64,000 nucleotides of DNA, from contig JBPOIT010000007.1 of assembly GCA_052034235.1 (NCBI GenBank), positions 22,234-86,233 of the forward strand, given 5' to 3'. This document shows, one piece after another, positions 48,115-58,559 of this stretch. This stretch comes from Candidatus Levyibacteriota bacterium. GTDB taxonomy: Bacteria > Patescibacteriota > Microgenomatia > Levybacterales > UBA12049. The notes below the pieces were generated by a model. It did not search any database. It was not told the DNA's origin and was given only the letters and a program-made list of their open reading frames with translations. The position numbers and the translations under genes were made by a program. Each line of letters begins with the position of its first letter. Positions within the stretch are counted from its first letter, which is position 1.

Positions 48115-50388
48115 ATGAAATTATCAGACAATGAAAAACGAGACATTATTAAGTATCTTGAATCTGGGAAACCCCTTCCAGATAAATACAGATTCCTCCT
48201 CTTCGATGATGACCATGAAGTAGAACTGGTTTGGAATGGTAAAACAAACGAAATCTCCAATATTGTACTACCTTTTCAGACGATAGAACATATTGATGAA
48301 CCAAGAAGCGATGAATCAATCCGGATGCAGAAATCCCTTTTTGATATGTCTGGCCGTCAGATTGAAGGTTGGACAAATAAGCTCATTTGGGGCGATAACA
48401 AACTAATTCTGTCCTCACTCAAAAATGGCCCTCTTAGAAAAGAAATAGAAGCTCAAGGCGGTATAAAACTTATTTATATTGATCCTCCTTTTGATGTAGG
48501 CGCAGACTTTTCTATTGATGTTCAAATTGGTGAGGAAGAATTTATAAAGAAACCATCAGTAATTGAAGAAGTTGCATTTAGAGATACATGGGGTAAAGGT
48601 GTAGATAGTTTTATTGCAATGATTTATGAACGATTGCAATTAATGCACGATCTTTTAGCTGAAGATGGAAGTATTTATATTCACTGCGATGGTCGCGTGA
48701 GCGCATATCTTAAGCTTTGTCTTGATGAAATATTTGGAGCAGACAATAAAATGGCAGAGATAATTTGGAAAAGAAGTTCTGCTCATAATGATAGTAATTC
48801 TTATGGCACGATACATGACACAATTCATTTTTATACTAAAACAGATTTGAATATTTGGAATCCCACCTACGTTGAATACGACCAAGATTATATTGACCAA
48901 TATTATAGATATAAAGATCCTGATGGAAGAAAATGGTTGTCTCGCGACTGTAGTGCTCCTGGAGGGCGAGGGCCGAGATATGAATGGAATGGACATATTC
49001 GAAACTGGCGATACACCAAAGTTAAGATGCAAGAGCTTCATGATGCTGGGAAATTATTTTATACATCAAATGGTATACCTCGCTTTAAGCAGTATATGGA
49101 TGAGATGCCAGGTGTGCCCTCACAAAGTTTATGGATAGACAAAAGTGTTCAAGCAATTAATTCGTGGCATCAAGAAAATGAAGCTTACCCCACACAAAAA
49201 CCAGAAGGACTTTTAGAGCGAATTATAAAAGCGAGTAGTAATGAAAATGATATTGTGGCTGACTTTTTTGTTGGATCGGGAACAACATTGGCTGTCGCAG
49301 AAAAATTAGGTAGAAAATGGATAGGTTCTGATTTAGGAAGATTTTCAATGCACACTACCCGCAAAAGAATGATTAAAGTTCAAAGAGAGCTTAAGAAAGC
49401 AGGTAAAGATTTCAGAGCTTTTGAGATCCTAAATTTAGGAAAATATGAACGGGAACAGTTTATTGGGAAAAACGACAATCTAAGAGAAGAAGACCGACAA
49501 TTGCAGCAGCAAAAGAAAGAACAAGAATTTATAAAATTGATTCTATCAGCTTACAAAGCAGAGGCTGTTGATTCATTTTTAACTATGGTTGGTAAAAAAA
49601 GAGATCGTCTTGTAGCAATCGGACCAATAAATTTTCCTGTTACTGCAGAATTCTTACATCAAGTCGTTACAGAGTGTATAGAGAAGAATATCACTAAAGT
49701 AGATGTGCTTGGGTTTGATTGGGAAATGGGTCTTGAAGTAGATCAATTTAAGAATCAAGGAGTTGATCTTCAGCTTAGAGTAATTCCAAGAGAAGTATTT
49801 GATAAGCGAGCAGTTGAAAAAGGACAAGTTAAATTTTATGAGGTAGCTTTTATTGAAGTTAAGCCCATTATAAAAAAGAATACTATCGCGGTTCAGTTAA
49901 TGGATTTTAGCGTCTTTTATAACCAAGATGATTCAGGTGAAATCGAAGAAAAATTAAAATCAGGTGGTTCTAAAGTTGTTGTCGAGAACGGTCAAGTGAT
50001 TAAGCTTAGTAAAGATAAAGGATCTGAGATTGTTAATCGAGAAGTATTAACAACTAAATGGACAGATTGGGTTGATTATTGGGCTGTTGATTTTAATTTT
50101 GAAAGTAAGAAAGAGTTCATTAGGAAAGCTAAAGATTTCGATATATCTCAACCAAAACTTGATGGTACCGAAGATCCAACACAAACAAAATTCCCTGAGT
50201 ATGAAGAATTATGGACTGGTAGTTATATTTTTGAAAATGAATGGCAATCATTTAGATCTCAAAAAGATAGAAATTTGGAATTAACTACAGTATTTAAAGA
50301 AGTCTCAAGAGGAACTTTAAAGATTGCAGTTAAAGTCGTTGATATTTTTGGTAACGATACAACAAAGGTGATTGAAGTTACAGTTTAA
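48115..50388 (+). CDS. mod: type III R-M methyltransferase (Mod)
   Basis: LIWGDN, IYIDPPF (IV), YPTQKPE and DFFVGSGTT (I), in beta-class order. Confidence 0.92.
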   Translation: MKLSDNEKRDIIKYLESGKPLPDKYRFLLFDDDHEVELVWNGKTNEISNIVLPFQTIEHIDEPRSDESIRMQKSLFDMSGRQIEGWTNKLIWGDNKLILSSLKNGPLRKEIEAQGGIKLIYIDPPFDVGADFSIDVQIGEEEFIKKPSVIEEVAFRDTWGKGVDSFIAMIYERLQLMHDLLAEDGSIYIHCDGRVSAYLKLCLDEIFGADNKMAEIIWKRSSAHNDSNSYGTIHDTIHFYTKTDLNIWNPTYVEYDQDYIDQYYRYKDPDGRKWLSRDCSAPGGRGPRYEWNGHIRNWRYTKVKMQELHDAGKLFYTSNGIPRFKQYMDEMPGVPSQSLWIDKSVQAINSWHQENEAYPTQKPEGLLERIIKASSNENDIVADFFVGSGTTLAVAEKLGRKWIGSDLGRFSMHTTRKRMIKVQRELKKAGKDFRAFEILNLGKYEREQFIGKNDNLREEDRQLQQQKKEQEFIKLILSAYKAEAVDSFLTMVGKKRDRLVAIGPINFPVTAEFLHQVVTECIEKNITKVDVLGFDWEMGLEVDQFKNQGVDLQLRVIPREVFDKRAVEKGQVKFYEVAFIEVKPIIKKNTIAVQLMDFSVFYNQDDSGEIEEKLKSGGSKVVVENGQVIKLSKDKGSEIVNREVLTTKWTDWVDYWAVDFNFESKKEFIRKAKDFDISQPKLDGTEDPTQTKFPEYEELWTGSYIFENEWQSFRSQKDRNLELTTVFKEVSRGTLKIAVKVVDIFGNDTTKVIEVTV

Positions 50389-50393
50389 AAATT

Positions 50394-53078
50394 ATGGCAT
50401 TACATAAAGATTTTCCAATCGATCCATACGCAATTTTAGATCCAAATATAAGATGGTTTCCTGCTGTCGAGGATTTAAGAGAAAAAGGTGGATATGAGCG
50501 GCTTTTGCCTCCATTTATTTCGGAACTTCGAAAAAGAGTAAAAGAATGGAGGGACAACGACTATGCTGAAGCTAGTGAAACTTCAAAAGCGCTTTTAAAT
50601 TGGTGGTTTAAAGAAGAACATACGATTTTTGATAAAAATGGCATGTCCACTCCATTTAAGTATTATTTCTCTCAAAGAGAAGCCGTTGAAACAGTTATCT
50701 GGTTATACGATGTTGCAAAGGTTAAAAGTAAATACGATTTAATTAAATTCGATTCATTGGGAAGAGTCAGTCCTAATATGTTTAATGAGGATTGGTTAAG
50801 ATTCGTTATTAAAATGGCAACAGGAAGCGGGAAAACAAAAGTAATGAGTTTGATTTTGGCATGGGCATACTTCCACAAACTCTATGAGAAGGACTCAAAA
50901 TTAGCTCGTAATTTCTTACTTATAACTCCAAATATTATCGTACTTGAAAGAATAAAAACAGACTTCTTAGGTTTAAAGATATTTCATGAAGATCCAATAC
51001 TACCTGATAATGGATATTCCGGACAGAATTGGCAAGACGATTTTCAATTGACCTTACACTTACAAGATGAGATCGGTTCTATATCTCCTACCGGGAATAT
51101 ATTTTTAACAAATATTCATCGAGTTTTTGAAGGCAATATAGAAGAATCTAGTCCCGATGATGAGGATAGTACAACATATTTTCTTGGTCCAAAACCTGTT
51201 AACAAGACAAATGATTCAAGAGTAGATTTAAGTTCGATTATTCGTGAAATCGATGAATTAATAGTTATTAATGACGAAGCTCACCACATTCATGACGAGA
51301 AGTTAGCTTGGTTTAAATCAATTCAGGACATTCACAATAAACTTAAATTAAAAAATGGAGAACTAGCACTACAGATTGATGTAACTGCCACACCTAAACA
51401 TAACAATGGCGCAATTTTTGTTCAAGTAGTATCTGACTATCCGCTTGTAGAAGCGATTCACCAACGAGTTGTAAAAAATCCCGTATTGCCAGATCAAGCT
51501 AGCAGAGCAAAGCTAAAAGAGAATCAAAGCTCTCTATTTACTGAGAAATACGAAGATTACATAAACTTGGGAGTTATCGAGTGGAAAAAGACCTATGAAG
51601 AATTATTAAAAGCTGGTAAAAAGTCGATTTTATTTATAATGACAGATGACACAAAAAACTGTGATGAGGTGGCTGAATATTTGGAGAGAACATATGCTGA
51701 ATTTAAGGGTGCGGTTTTGACAATTCACACAAATAAAAGCGGTGAAATATCAGAGACTATTCAAGGAAAAGATGAAAAAGAATTGGTAAAGCTTAGGGAA
51801 CAAGCAAATGCAATAGATAGTAACGAAAGTCCTTTTAAAGCGATTATTTCTGTATTGATGCTTAAAGAGGGTTGGGATGTAAAAAACGTTACAACAATTG
51901 TTGGGTTGAGAGCATATTCCTCTACTGCAAATATATTGCCGGAGCAAACATTAGGTCGAGGTTTAAGAAGGATGTTTTTTGGAAGAGATGATCTGGCAGA
52001 GTACGTAAGCATTATTGGTACGCCTGCATTTATGGATTTCGTTGAGTCCATTAAAGGAGAAGGTGTTATTTTGGAAAAGCGCGCAATGGATATAGGAGCA
52101 AAGCCTATTACTCCGGTTGTTATTGAAGTTGATAAAGAAAATGTTAAGAAAGATATTGAAAAACTCGATATTGAACTGCCTATTCTTACTCCAAGAATTC
52201 AGAGAGAGTACAAAAATCTCTCAAAGCTAGATGTTTCAAGCTTTCCTCATAAAAAAATGCCGGTAAAACAATTTAGTGATAAGGAGAAAAAGGAAATAAT
52301 TTTTAAAGAAGTTATCGCGGACAAGCTTCACCACACAACTGTTTTAGATACAAATATTGAACCTAGTTATCAAAGTGCCGTTGGGTTTTTTGCTCAAACG
52401 ATAATGAGAGAACTGCGGCTATTTGGCTGCTACGATATTTTATTTGGACAGGTAAAAGAGTTTGTGAGTAATTACTTATTCGAGACTGCAGTAAATTTGG
52501 ATGATTTAAATATTCTTCGCAATTTATCTGAGCCTGAAGTAACGAAAACCATAACAGAAGTATTCAAAAAGGAAATTAACGATCTCACAATCGAAGATAA
52601 AGGGGATGCTGAGATAAAAAATTACATAAAAATCAGTAATTGTAGGCCATTTGTTGTTAACGACAACGCTTATCTCTTACCGAAGAAGAGCATTTTTAAT
52701 AAAATTGTTGGCGATAGTCATTTTGAGCTTGAATTTGCTGATTTTCTTGAAAGTTGTGAGGACATATTGTCATTTGCTAAAAACTACTTTGAAATACATT
52801 TCAAAATTGATTATAAAAACTCCGATGGATCAATCTCTTATTACTATCCTGATTTCTTTGTAAAAAAAGATAATAAAACTGTTTATATTATCGAAACAAA
52901 AGGCAGAGAAGATCTTGATGATCCAATTAAGATAGCTCGTTTGGCTCAGTGGTGCAATGATGCAAATGGAAGACAAAGCAAGATACAGTACGAAATGTTA
53001 TATGTTAAGGAAGATGAATGGAATAAATATAAACCGAAAGATTTTACCGAGTTGGTTAAAATTTACAAATCTGAATAA
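50394..53078 (+). CDS. res: type III R-M restriction subunit (Res)
   Basis: MATGSGKT, NDEAHH, LKEGWD, EQTLGRGLR and a C-terminal YYPDF...IETKG nuclease. Confidence 0.92.
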   Translation: MALHKDFPIDPYAILDPNIRWFPAVEDLREKGGYERLLPPFISELRKRVKEWRDNDYAEASETSKALLNWWFKEEHTIFDKNGMSTPFKYYFSQREAVETVIWLYDVAKVKSKYDLIKFDSLGRVSPNMFNEDWLRFVIKMATGSGKTKVMSLILAWAYFHKLYEKDSKLARNFLLITPNIIVLERIKTDFLGLKIFHEDPILPDNGYSGQNWQDDFQLTLHLQDEIGSISPTGNIFLTNIHRVFEGNIEESSPDDEDSTTYFLGPKPVNKTNDSRVDLSSIIREIDELIVINDEAHHIHDEKLAWFKSIQDIHNKLKLKNGELALQIDVTATPKHNNGAIFVQVVSDYPLVEAIHQRVVKNPVLPDQASRAKLKENQSSLFTEKYEDYINLGVIEWKKTYEELLKAGKKSILFIMTDDTKNCDEVAEYLERTYAEFKGAVLTIHTNKSGEISETIQGKDEKELVKLREQANAIDSNESPFKAIISVLMLKEGWDVKNVTTIVGLRAYSSTANILPEQTLGRGLRRMFFGRDDLAEYVSIIGTPAFMDFVESIKGEGVILEKRAMDIGAKPITPVVIEVDKENVKKDIEKLDIELPILTPRIQREYKNLSKLDVSSFPHKKMPVKQFSDKEKKEIIFKEVIADKLHHTTVLDTNIEPSYQSAVGFFAQTIMRELRLFGCYDILFGQVKEFVSNYLFETAVNLDDLNILRNLSEPEVTKTITEVFKKEINDLTIEDKGDAEIKNYIKISNCRPFVVNDNAYLLPKKSIFNKIVGDSHFELEFADFLESCEDILSFAKNYFEIHFKIDYKNSDGSISYYYPDFFVKKDNKTVYIIETKGREDLDDPIKIARLAQWCNDANGRQSKIQYEMLYVKEDEWNKYKPKDFTELVKIYKSE

Positions 53079-53746
53079 TGATAAAACTATCACGATCAAA
53101 AATTGAGTTACTTTTCGACTGCCCTCGTTGCTTTTGGTTTTATGCCGGAAAAAGCATTGCCCGCCCGTTTGGTGCTCCTTACACAATAAATAATGCGGTA
53201 GATTTTATCCTTAAAAAGGAATTTGATGTCCATAGAGCCAATGGAACTGCTCACTATCTAATTGTAAGGGATGGAATTGATGCAATTCCATATATGCACG
53301 AAGATATTGATAAATGGAGACACAACTTTACAGGTATTCAATTTCACCACCAAGAGACAGATTTCCTTGTTTTTGGAGCAGTTGATGATATATGGGTCGA
53401 TTCCCAGGGAAATCTCATTGTGGTGGATTACAAAGCCTCTGGGGCTAAAGAAGGAGAGCTTTACGATAGTTATAAAAGACAGATGGAAATTTACCAATGG
53501 ATACTAAGACAAAATGGATTTAAGGTGCAAAATCGTGGGTATTTCGTATATTGCCGAGTAAATAAAGAGAATGGGTTTCCAGAGGGTAAACTTAGCTTCG
53601 ATATTAAACTTCAGCCATATGATGGTGATGATAGTTGGGTTACAAATAAGATCTTCGAAGCAAAAAAGATATTGGATGGAAAAATGCCTGATAGCTCCGA
53701 GGCGTGCACATATTGCAAGTATGTTAAATCTCTTCAGATCGATTAA
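53078..53746 (+). CDS. PD-(D/E)xK nuclease (RecB/AddB/Cas4-like, Cys-bracketed)
   Basis: LSRS...CPRC, GAVDD, VDYK, QMEIY and CTYC. Confidence 0.85.
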   Translation: MIKLSRSKIELLFDCPRCFWFYAGKSIARPFGAPYTINNAVDFILKKEFDVHRANGTAHYLIVRDGIDAIPYMHEDIDKWRHNFTGIQFHHQETDFLVFGAVDDIWVDSQGNLIVVDYKASGAKEGELYDSYKRQMEIYQWILRQNGFKVQNRGYFVYCRVNKENGFPEGKLSFDIKLQPYDGDDSWVTNKIFEAKKILDGKMPDSSEACTYCKYVKSLQID

Positions 53747-53772
53747 AGCTATAAAAAGGAAAGGAAACCCTC

Positions 53773-56700
53773 ATGCCAAGTAGGGTTGATTACTCTATAC
53801 CTCCTCCGACTAATTGGGAGGCTTTTGAGAGCCTCTGCCGTGATTTATGGGCAGAAATTTGGAATGATACCAATACTCAAAAGAATGGAAGACAAAGCCA
53901 ACCTCAACATGGAGTCGATGTTTATGGTGAACCGAAAAAAAGTCAGTGGGCAGGCTTACAGGCTAAAGAGAAAGATCAACTTCCAGCAAAAACTCTTACG
54001 ATCACTGAGCTTCGGGCTGAAGTTAAAAAGGCAAAGAGTTTTACACCCGCACTAAAAGAGTATGTCGTAGCAACCACTGGTCCCAGAGATGTAAATGTTC
54101 AAGAGGAAGCAAGAAAAATAACAGAGGAAAATCGTAAGAGCGGGTTATTTGATGTGGTTGTTTATAGCTGGGAAGATATTGAGGCACTTCTTAAGAAATA
54201 TCAGAATGTTTATAGACTCCACTATCCTCAACATTTCCCTGATTTAGAAGGTGTAGAATCCCTAACTAAGCAAGTATTAGATAAACAAGATGAAAATTTT
54301 GAAAAGTCTTCAGAAGAAATTAGTGGTCTGAAATTTGAAGTAGGTAGTGGATTTAAACATTTAGCTGACCAAATGTCTGTAGGTGGCGATGTTACCCAAG
54401 AACATCAAGTAGAGATAGACTATGCAAGAGATTTAATTGATAAGCATAAACCTGCTTCAGCTTTAAGTTATTTAGAACCGATAAAAGATCGTATCTGGAA
54501 TCAGACAACTCCAAGTGTGAAATTCCGACTTCTCACTAATATCGCTGCAGCAAAACTTGAATTGGGCGAGGAGAAAGATGCTGCTCAATTATTCATTGAA
54601 GCATTGCAATACAACCCCGATGAGGAAAAAGCATTATGTAATGTTGCACTTGCATATATTCTCCTTGATAAGCCTGATAAAGCTGAAGAATATGTCAAAA
54701 AAGTATTACTAAAAAATCAAGCAAGTGGGCGTGGATATTCAATGCTAATTCAGATTCGTTCTGACGCTTCAGTCCCTGTCGAAAAAATTATTAGTGAGAT
54801 ACCTTCTGAATATCACGACCTACCGGTGGTTGCCTACGCATTAGGAACGGTGTGCAGGAGAAGTCAGCACTTCAAAGAAGCACTTGAATGGTTTAAAAAG
54901 GCTGGGACTGCAAAAAATAAGGAACCAGAATATTTAGTTTCTCAAGCAACTACTCTCCTTGCATCTATTTCCACAAACATGCACTTGTCTTTCTCTAAAA
55001 GATTGACAAAGGATGAGCATGAAAAAGTAATAGAGGCTGTCGGTTTGTTTGAGCAAGCTTGGGAAGAAATAAAATCACACGAAGATAAAAGTCTAAAAAT
55101 TGAGTGTCTAACCAATAAAGGTATTTCATACATGTTACTTGGTGATACTCAAAAAGCAGCGATAAGTTTTGACGATGCTCTTGTTATGGAGCCGGATAAC
55201 CCAAGCTACATTTTCAACAGAGCATTTATTGATTATGAATCGGGTAAGAAGGATCTTGCTTTAGAGAGAATAAAAAAAATAGCTGAAAACCCCGAACTTC
55301 CAGCCGCCATTTTAATTGGTGATATATATCTGAGTAGCAGCAACAGTAATCCAGAAATATTACGCAAAGAGGCTCTTCCCGTAGTTGAAAAGTACATAAA
55401 ACTTAATCCACCACCTTTCTTAAGAGGTGCAGCTGAAAGATTATTAATTCAGCTGAATGTAGCATTAAACCAACTAAAGGAAGCTGCTGAAATCGCTGAT
55501 GAGTTAGTAAAACGAAATCCTAAGGATATAAATTCGCTTGTGAGTCAGTCCAGAATATACAGATTACTTAAGGATGAAAAAAAAGCTGATGAAAGCCTTT
55601 CAGCAGCAGAAAAACTTGTAGACAAAGATACGACATATTTTGATCTGCTAGCTTTAGCTGATGAATATAATTTCGTAGGTAAATTTGGTAAAGCATCAAC
55701 TTTTTATGAGAGGGTTACGGATATTAAAGTCGATAGTGAAATAACTAGGCGATTGATCGATACATATCTTAAATCAGGAAATAATCAAAAAGCGCTTTCT
55801 GTTTGTAAATCGATAAGAGAGAATCAAGGCTTAATCAGAGAGGTTATTGAACTTGAAGCCACACTTCATGAAGATATTGGAGATCTCGAAAATGCAACAA
55901 AATTGTGCGAAGAATATCTTAAGGAAAACCCAAATGACGAGAGAGTAAAGTTACACCTTGCTGCTATTAACTTCAGGAACCAAAAACTAAATCAGGTTGA
56001 TGAATTTTTAAAAACACCTTTTGATTATGAAAACTTATCTTTAAGGTATCGCATTCAGTATGCTCAACTGTTAGGAATTAGAGGATTTAATAAAGAAGCA
56101 ATAAATGTAATGTATGAAACGAGACGAAAATATTTCGATCAAAGTGAAGCACACTTACAATATATCACCACGCTCTTCAGAACCGAAGAGAGAGATGATA
56201 AATGGATTCATCCGGATGCAATTTCTGAAGGAACCGCCGCATTGTTAGAAGACAAAAATGGTACGAAAGTTTGGTATCTCATAGAAGATAGAGCCGATGC
56301 AGATTTTGCCAAAAATGAACTGAAGCCTCAACATTCCCTTGCCCAGAGAATGATCGGAAAAAAGATCGGTGATGAAGTTGAATTAGTATCCTCTGGTCCT
56401 CAAAAAAAGTACGGAAAAGTTGTAGAGATAAAAAGCAAATATATTTACGCTTTGCATAACAGCATGAATTCTTATCAAAAAATGTTTCCGGAAGCTGATG
56501 GACTATATGAAATTGATTTAAAAAGTGGAGAAACTGGAGAAATCGAAAAAAAAGATCTGGAAATACTTTTTAAGCAAGTAGATCAACAACACGAACGTTA
56601 TTCTAAAGTGATGAAACTGTATACAGAAGGGCATCTGACAGTTGGAGCTTTATCTAAGATGTTGAGCAGGAATGAGGTTGAAGCTTGGGGTTTATTAACA

Positions 56701-57702
56701 AGTCAGGAAGAACCAGGATTAAAATGCTGTATTGGCGATGTTAATTTAAGAAGAAGCGCACAAACAAGCCTAAATACCAATCCAAAACCCAAGATAGTTA
56801 TTGATGTTCTAGCTCTTCTTACGATTCATGGTTTGGAAGGCGCAGATATTGTAGTGAAACATTATGGAAAATTCCTAATCTCTCAGTCCACGATTGATGT
56901 TTTTAATGAGTTAGTGACCAATTGTAAGGGAATGCAGGCAAAAGGATTTATGAGTGTAGGTAAACAAGGCGATCAATATGTAAAAGAAGAAATTACTGCA
57001 GATCAACTAAAGAAAAATTCAGAATATCTCAAGGGTATTTTGGCGTGGATTAAAAAGAATTGTGTAATTACTCCTTGCCATGAAGCATTAAAACTAGATG
57101 CAGATAAGAGAGAAGAGTTATATAAACTTTTTGGTATTTCATCTATCGACAGTATTTTAATTGCTAAGCAGGAAGATGCACTTCTTTATTCAGATGATGA
57201 AAGATTACGATCATTTGCTCTTGGTTCGTATAGTGTCCAGGGAGTATGGACACAAGCTGTTATAGAGAATTTACTTAATTTGGGTATTATCAGTAACGAA
57301 AAATATCAAGATTTCGTAATACGCTTGGTCAATTCTAATTATGTTTTTACGAGTATTAACTCTGATACTTTGATTGAAGCTACAAAACAGTCTCAGTGGA
57401 AGCCGGATAGAAATTTTATGAAAATGGTAAGTTTGTTGAATGGAAAAAAGTGTGATGACATACCTGCAATAATTGTCGTCTCTGACTATATTCAAAAACT
57501 AATTAATCAACCAATATTTATTGATGATCCTAAAAACATATGCTTTGTTGTTTTGGATAATGCTATTAAAGATAGGCTTAATAAGCCTGAATTTCTTCAG
57601 AGGTTGGAGATAAGACTTAATAAACTATTTATGCTGTCTCCGACAAAACTTTCTGAGGCTAAACTAATACTAGCTGCGTGGTTAAAAACTCAGATTGTGT
57701 AA
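53773..57702 (+). CDS. REase-like + TPR + GreA/B-C-like + PIN multidomain conflict protein
   Basis: FESLCRDLW...GVDVY...QAK at the N-terminus, TPR helices, SLAQRMIGKKIGDEVEL, and IVID...LYSDDERLR. Confidence 0.75.
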   Translation: MPSRVDYSIPPPTNWEAFESLCRDLWAEIWNDTNTQKNGRQSQPQHGVDVYGEPKKSQWAGLQAKEKDQLPAKTLTITELRAEVKKAKSFTPALKEYVVATTGPRDVNVQEEARKITEENRKSGLFDVVVYSWEDIEALLKKYQNVYRLHYPQHFPDLEGVESLTKQVLDKQDENFEKSSEEISGLKFEVGSGFKHLADQMSVGGDVTQEHQVEIDYARDLIDKHKPASALSYLEPIKDRIWNQTTPSVKFRLLTNIAAAKLELGEEKDAAQLFIEALQYNPDEEKALCNVALAYILLDKPDKAEEYVKKVLLKNQASGRGYSMLIQIRSDASVPVEKIISEIPSEYHDLPVVAYALGTVCRRSQHFKEALEWFKKAGTAKNKEPEYLVSQATTLLASISTNMHLSFSKRLTKDEHEKVIEAVGLFEQAWEEIKSHEDKSLKIECLTNKGISYMLLGDTQKAAISFDDALVMEPDNPSYIFNRAFIDYESGKKDLALERIKKIAENPELPAAILIGDIYLSSSNSNPEILRKEALPVVEKYIKLNPPPFLRGAAERLLIQLNVALNQLKEAAEIADELVKRNPKDINSLVSQSRIYRLLKDEKKADESLSAAEKLVDKDTTYFDLLALADEYNFVGKFGKASTFYERVTDIKVDSEITRRLIDTYLKSGNNQKALSVCKSIRENQGLIREVIELEATLHEDIGDLENATKLCEEYLKENPNDERVKLHLAAINFRNQKLNQVDEFLKTPFDYENLSLRYRIQYAQLLGIRGFNKEAINVMYETRRKYFDQSEAHLQYITTLFRTEERDDKWIHPDAISEGTAALLEDKNGTKVWYLIEDRADADFAKNELKPQHSLAQRMIGKKIGDEVELVSSGPQKKYGKVVEIKSKYIYALHNSMNSYQKMFPEADGLYEIDLKSGETGEIEKKDLEILFKQVDQQHERYSKVMKLYTEGHLTVGALSKMLSRNEVEAWGLLTSQEEPGLKCCIGDVNLRRSAQTSLNTNPKPKIVIDVLALLTIHGLEGADIVVKHYGKFLISQSTIDVFNELVTNCKGMQAKGFMSVGKQGDQYVKEEITADQLKKNSEYLKGILAWIKKNCVITPCHEALKLDADKREELYKLFGISSIDSILIAKQEDALLYSDDERLRSFALGSYSVQGVWTQAVIENLLNLGIISNEKYQDFVIRLVNSNYVFTSINSDTLIEATKQSQWKPDRNFMKMVSLLNGKKCDDIPAIIVVSDYIQKLINQPIFIDDPKNICFVVLDNAIKDRLNKPEFLQRLEIRLNKLFMLSPTKLSEAKLILAAWLKTQIV

Positions 57703-57712
57703 AAATTAATTT

Positions 57713-58552
57713 ATGAATGACGAACAACAATTTAAACATAGATATTCACTACTAAAAATAGATGTAACTGATACTCTTCCTATTGCTGATTTTTTTGATG
57801 ACGATCATTATGTTGGATTTCAAAACAGCGACAATCTTGAAGAACTTTTAGATTTAGCGGTAGTTGGCTTTTGGAAGTTAAACCCAACAATGAAAACTTA
57901 TGAAGATTGGGAAACAAAAGCAGAAGATGGTGGTTTTGATTTTCAAATTACTGCAGGCAAACGGATTATTTTTAGATCAAGCTTATTGTTAGCTGATCCA
58001 AGAATTATGGGGGCAATTTATCTTGTTCGAGATTTCCATAGTGGTCAAGTACGCAAAGGCGATGGATTTCCGTACTTAGAACATCCTTTAGAAGTTGGAT
58101 ACCGTTTATGGAGAGATAAATTTCCGGGCGATGTTGTTGCTGCAGGATTTTGCCACGATCTTTTAGAAGATACTAAATGTACTGAGGATGAAATTAAAGA
58201 AAAATGCGGTGACGAGGTGTTGCGAATAGTCAAAGCTGTATCTAACGATGAGTCATTATCTGATAAGAAAGACTGGGAAAAGAAAAAAGAGAAATATATT
58301 ATGTCTGTCAAAAATGGTGGAGAAAAAGCAATAGCAGTAAGTATAGTAGATAAAATCAGTAATCTTTATTCTTTTTTTGATCAGTATGAGAAAGAAGGGC
58401 CAGCACTTTGGAAAAAGTTTAATAGGGGAAAAGACAAAAAGGTGTGGTTTGAAAAAGAAGTTATGAGCATGGCACGAAGCAACTGGAAACATCCATTACT
58501 TGATGAATTAGAAAAATTGATTTCTAAACTTGAGCAGACTCAGGCGGGCTAA
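57713..58552 (+). CDS. HD-domain small alarmone hydrolase-like protein (RelA/SpoT HD, Mesh1-like) with N-terminal extension
   Basis: HSGQVRK, PYLEHPLEV, CHDLLEDT and DKISNL. Confidence 0.8.
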   Translation: MNDEQQFKHRYSLLKIDVTDTLPIADFFDDDHYVGFQNSDNLEELLDLAVVGFWKLNPTMKTYEDWETKAEDGGFDFQITAGKRIIFRSSLLLADPRIMGAIYLVRDFHSGQVRKGDGFPYLEHPLEVGYRLWRDKFPGDVVAAGFCHDLLEDTKCTEDEIKEKCGDEVLRIVKAVSNDESLSDKKDWEKKKEKYIMSVKNGGEKAIAVSIVDKISNLYSFFDQYEKEGPALWKKFNRGKDKKVWFEKEVMSMARSNWKHPLLDELEKLISKLEQTQAG

Positions 58553-58559
58553 TTATAAA

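Noticed and set aside
53078-53746. Cas4 of a CRISPR-Cas locus
   Set aside because: I saw no repeat-spacer array and no cas1 or cas2 in the window. It is a generic PD-(D/E)xK nuclease.
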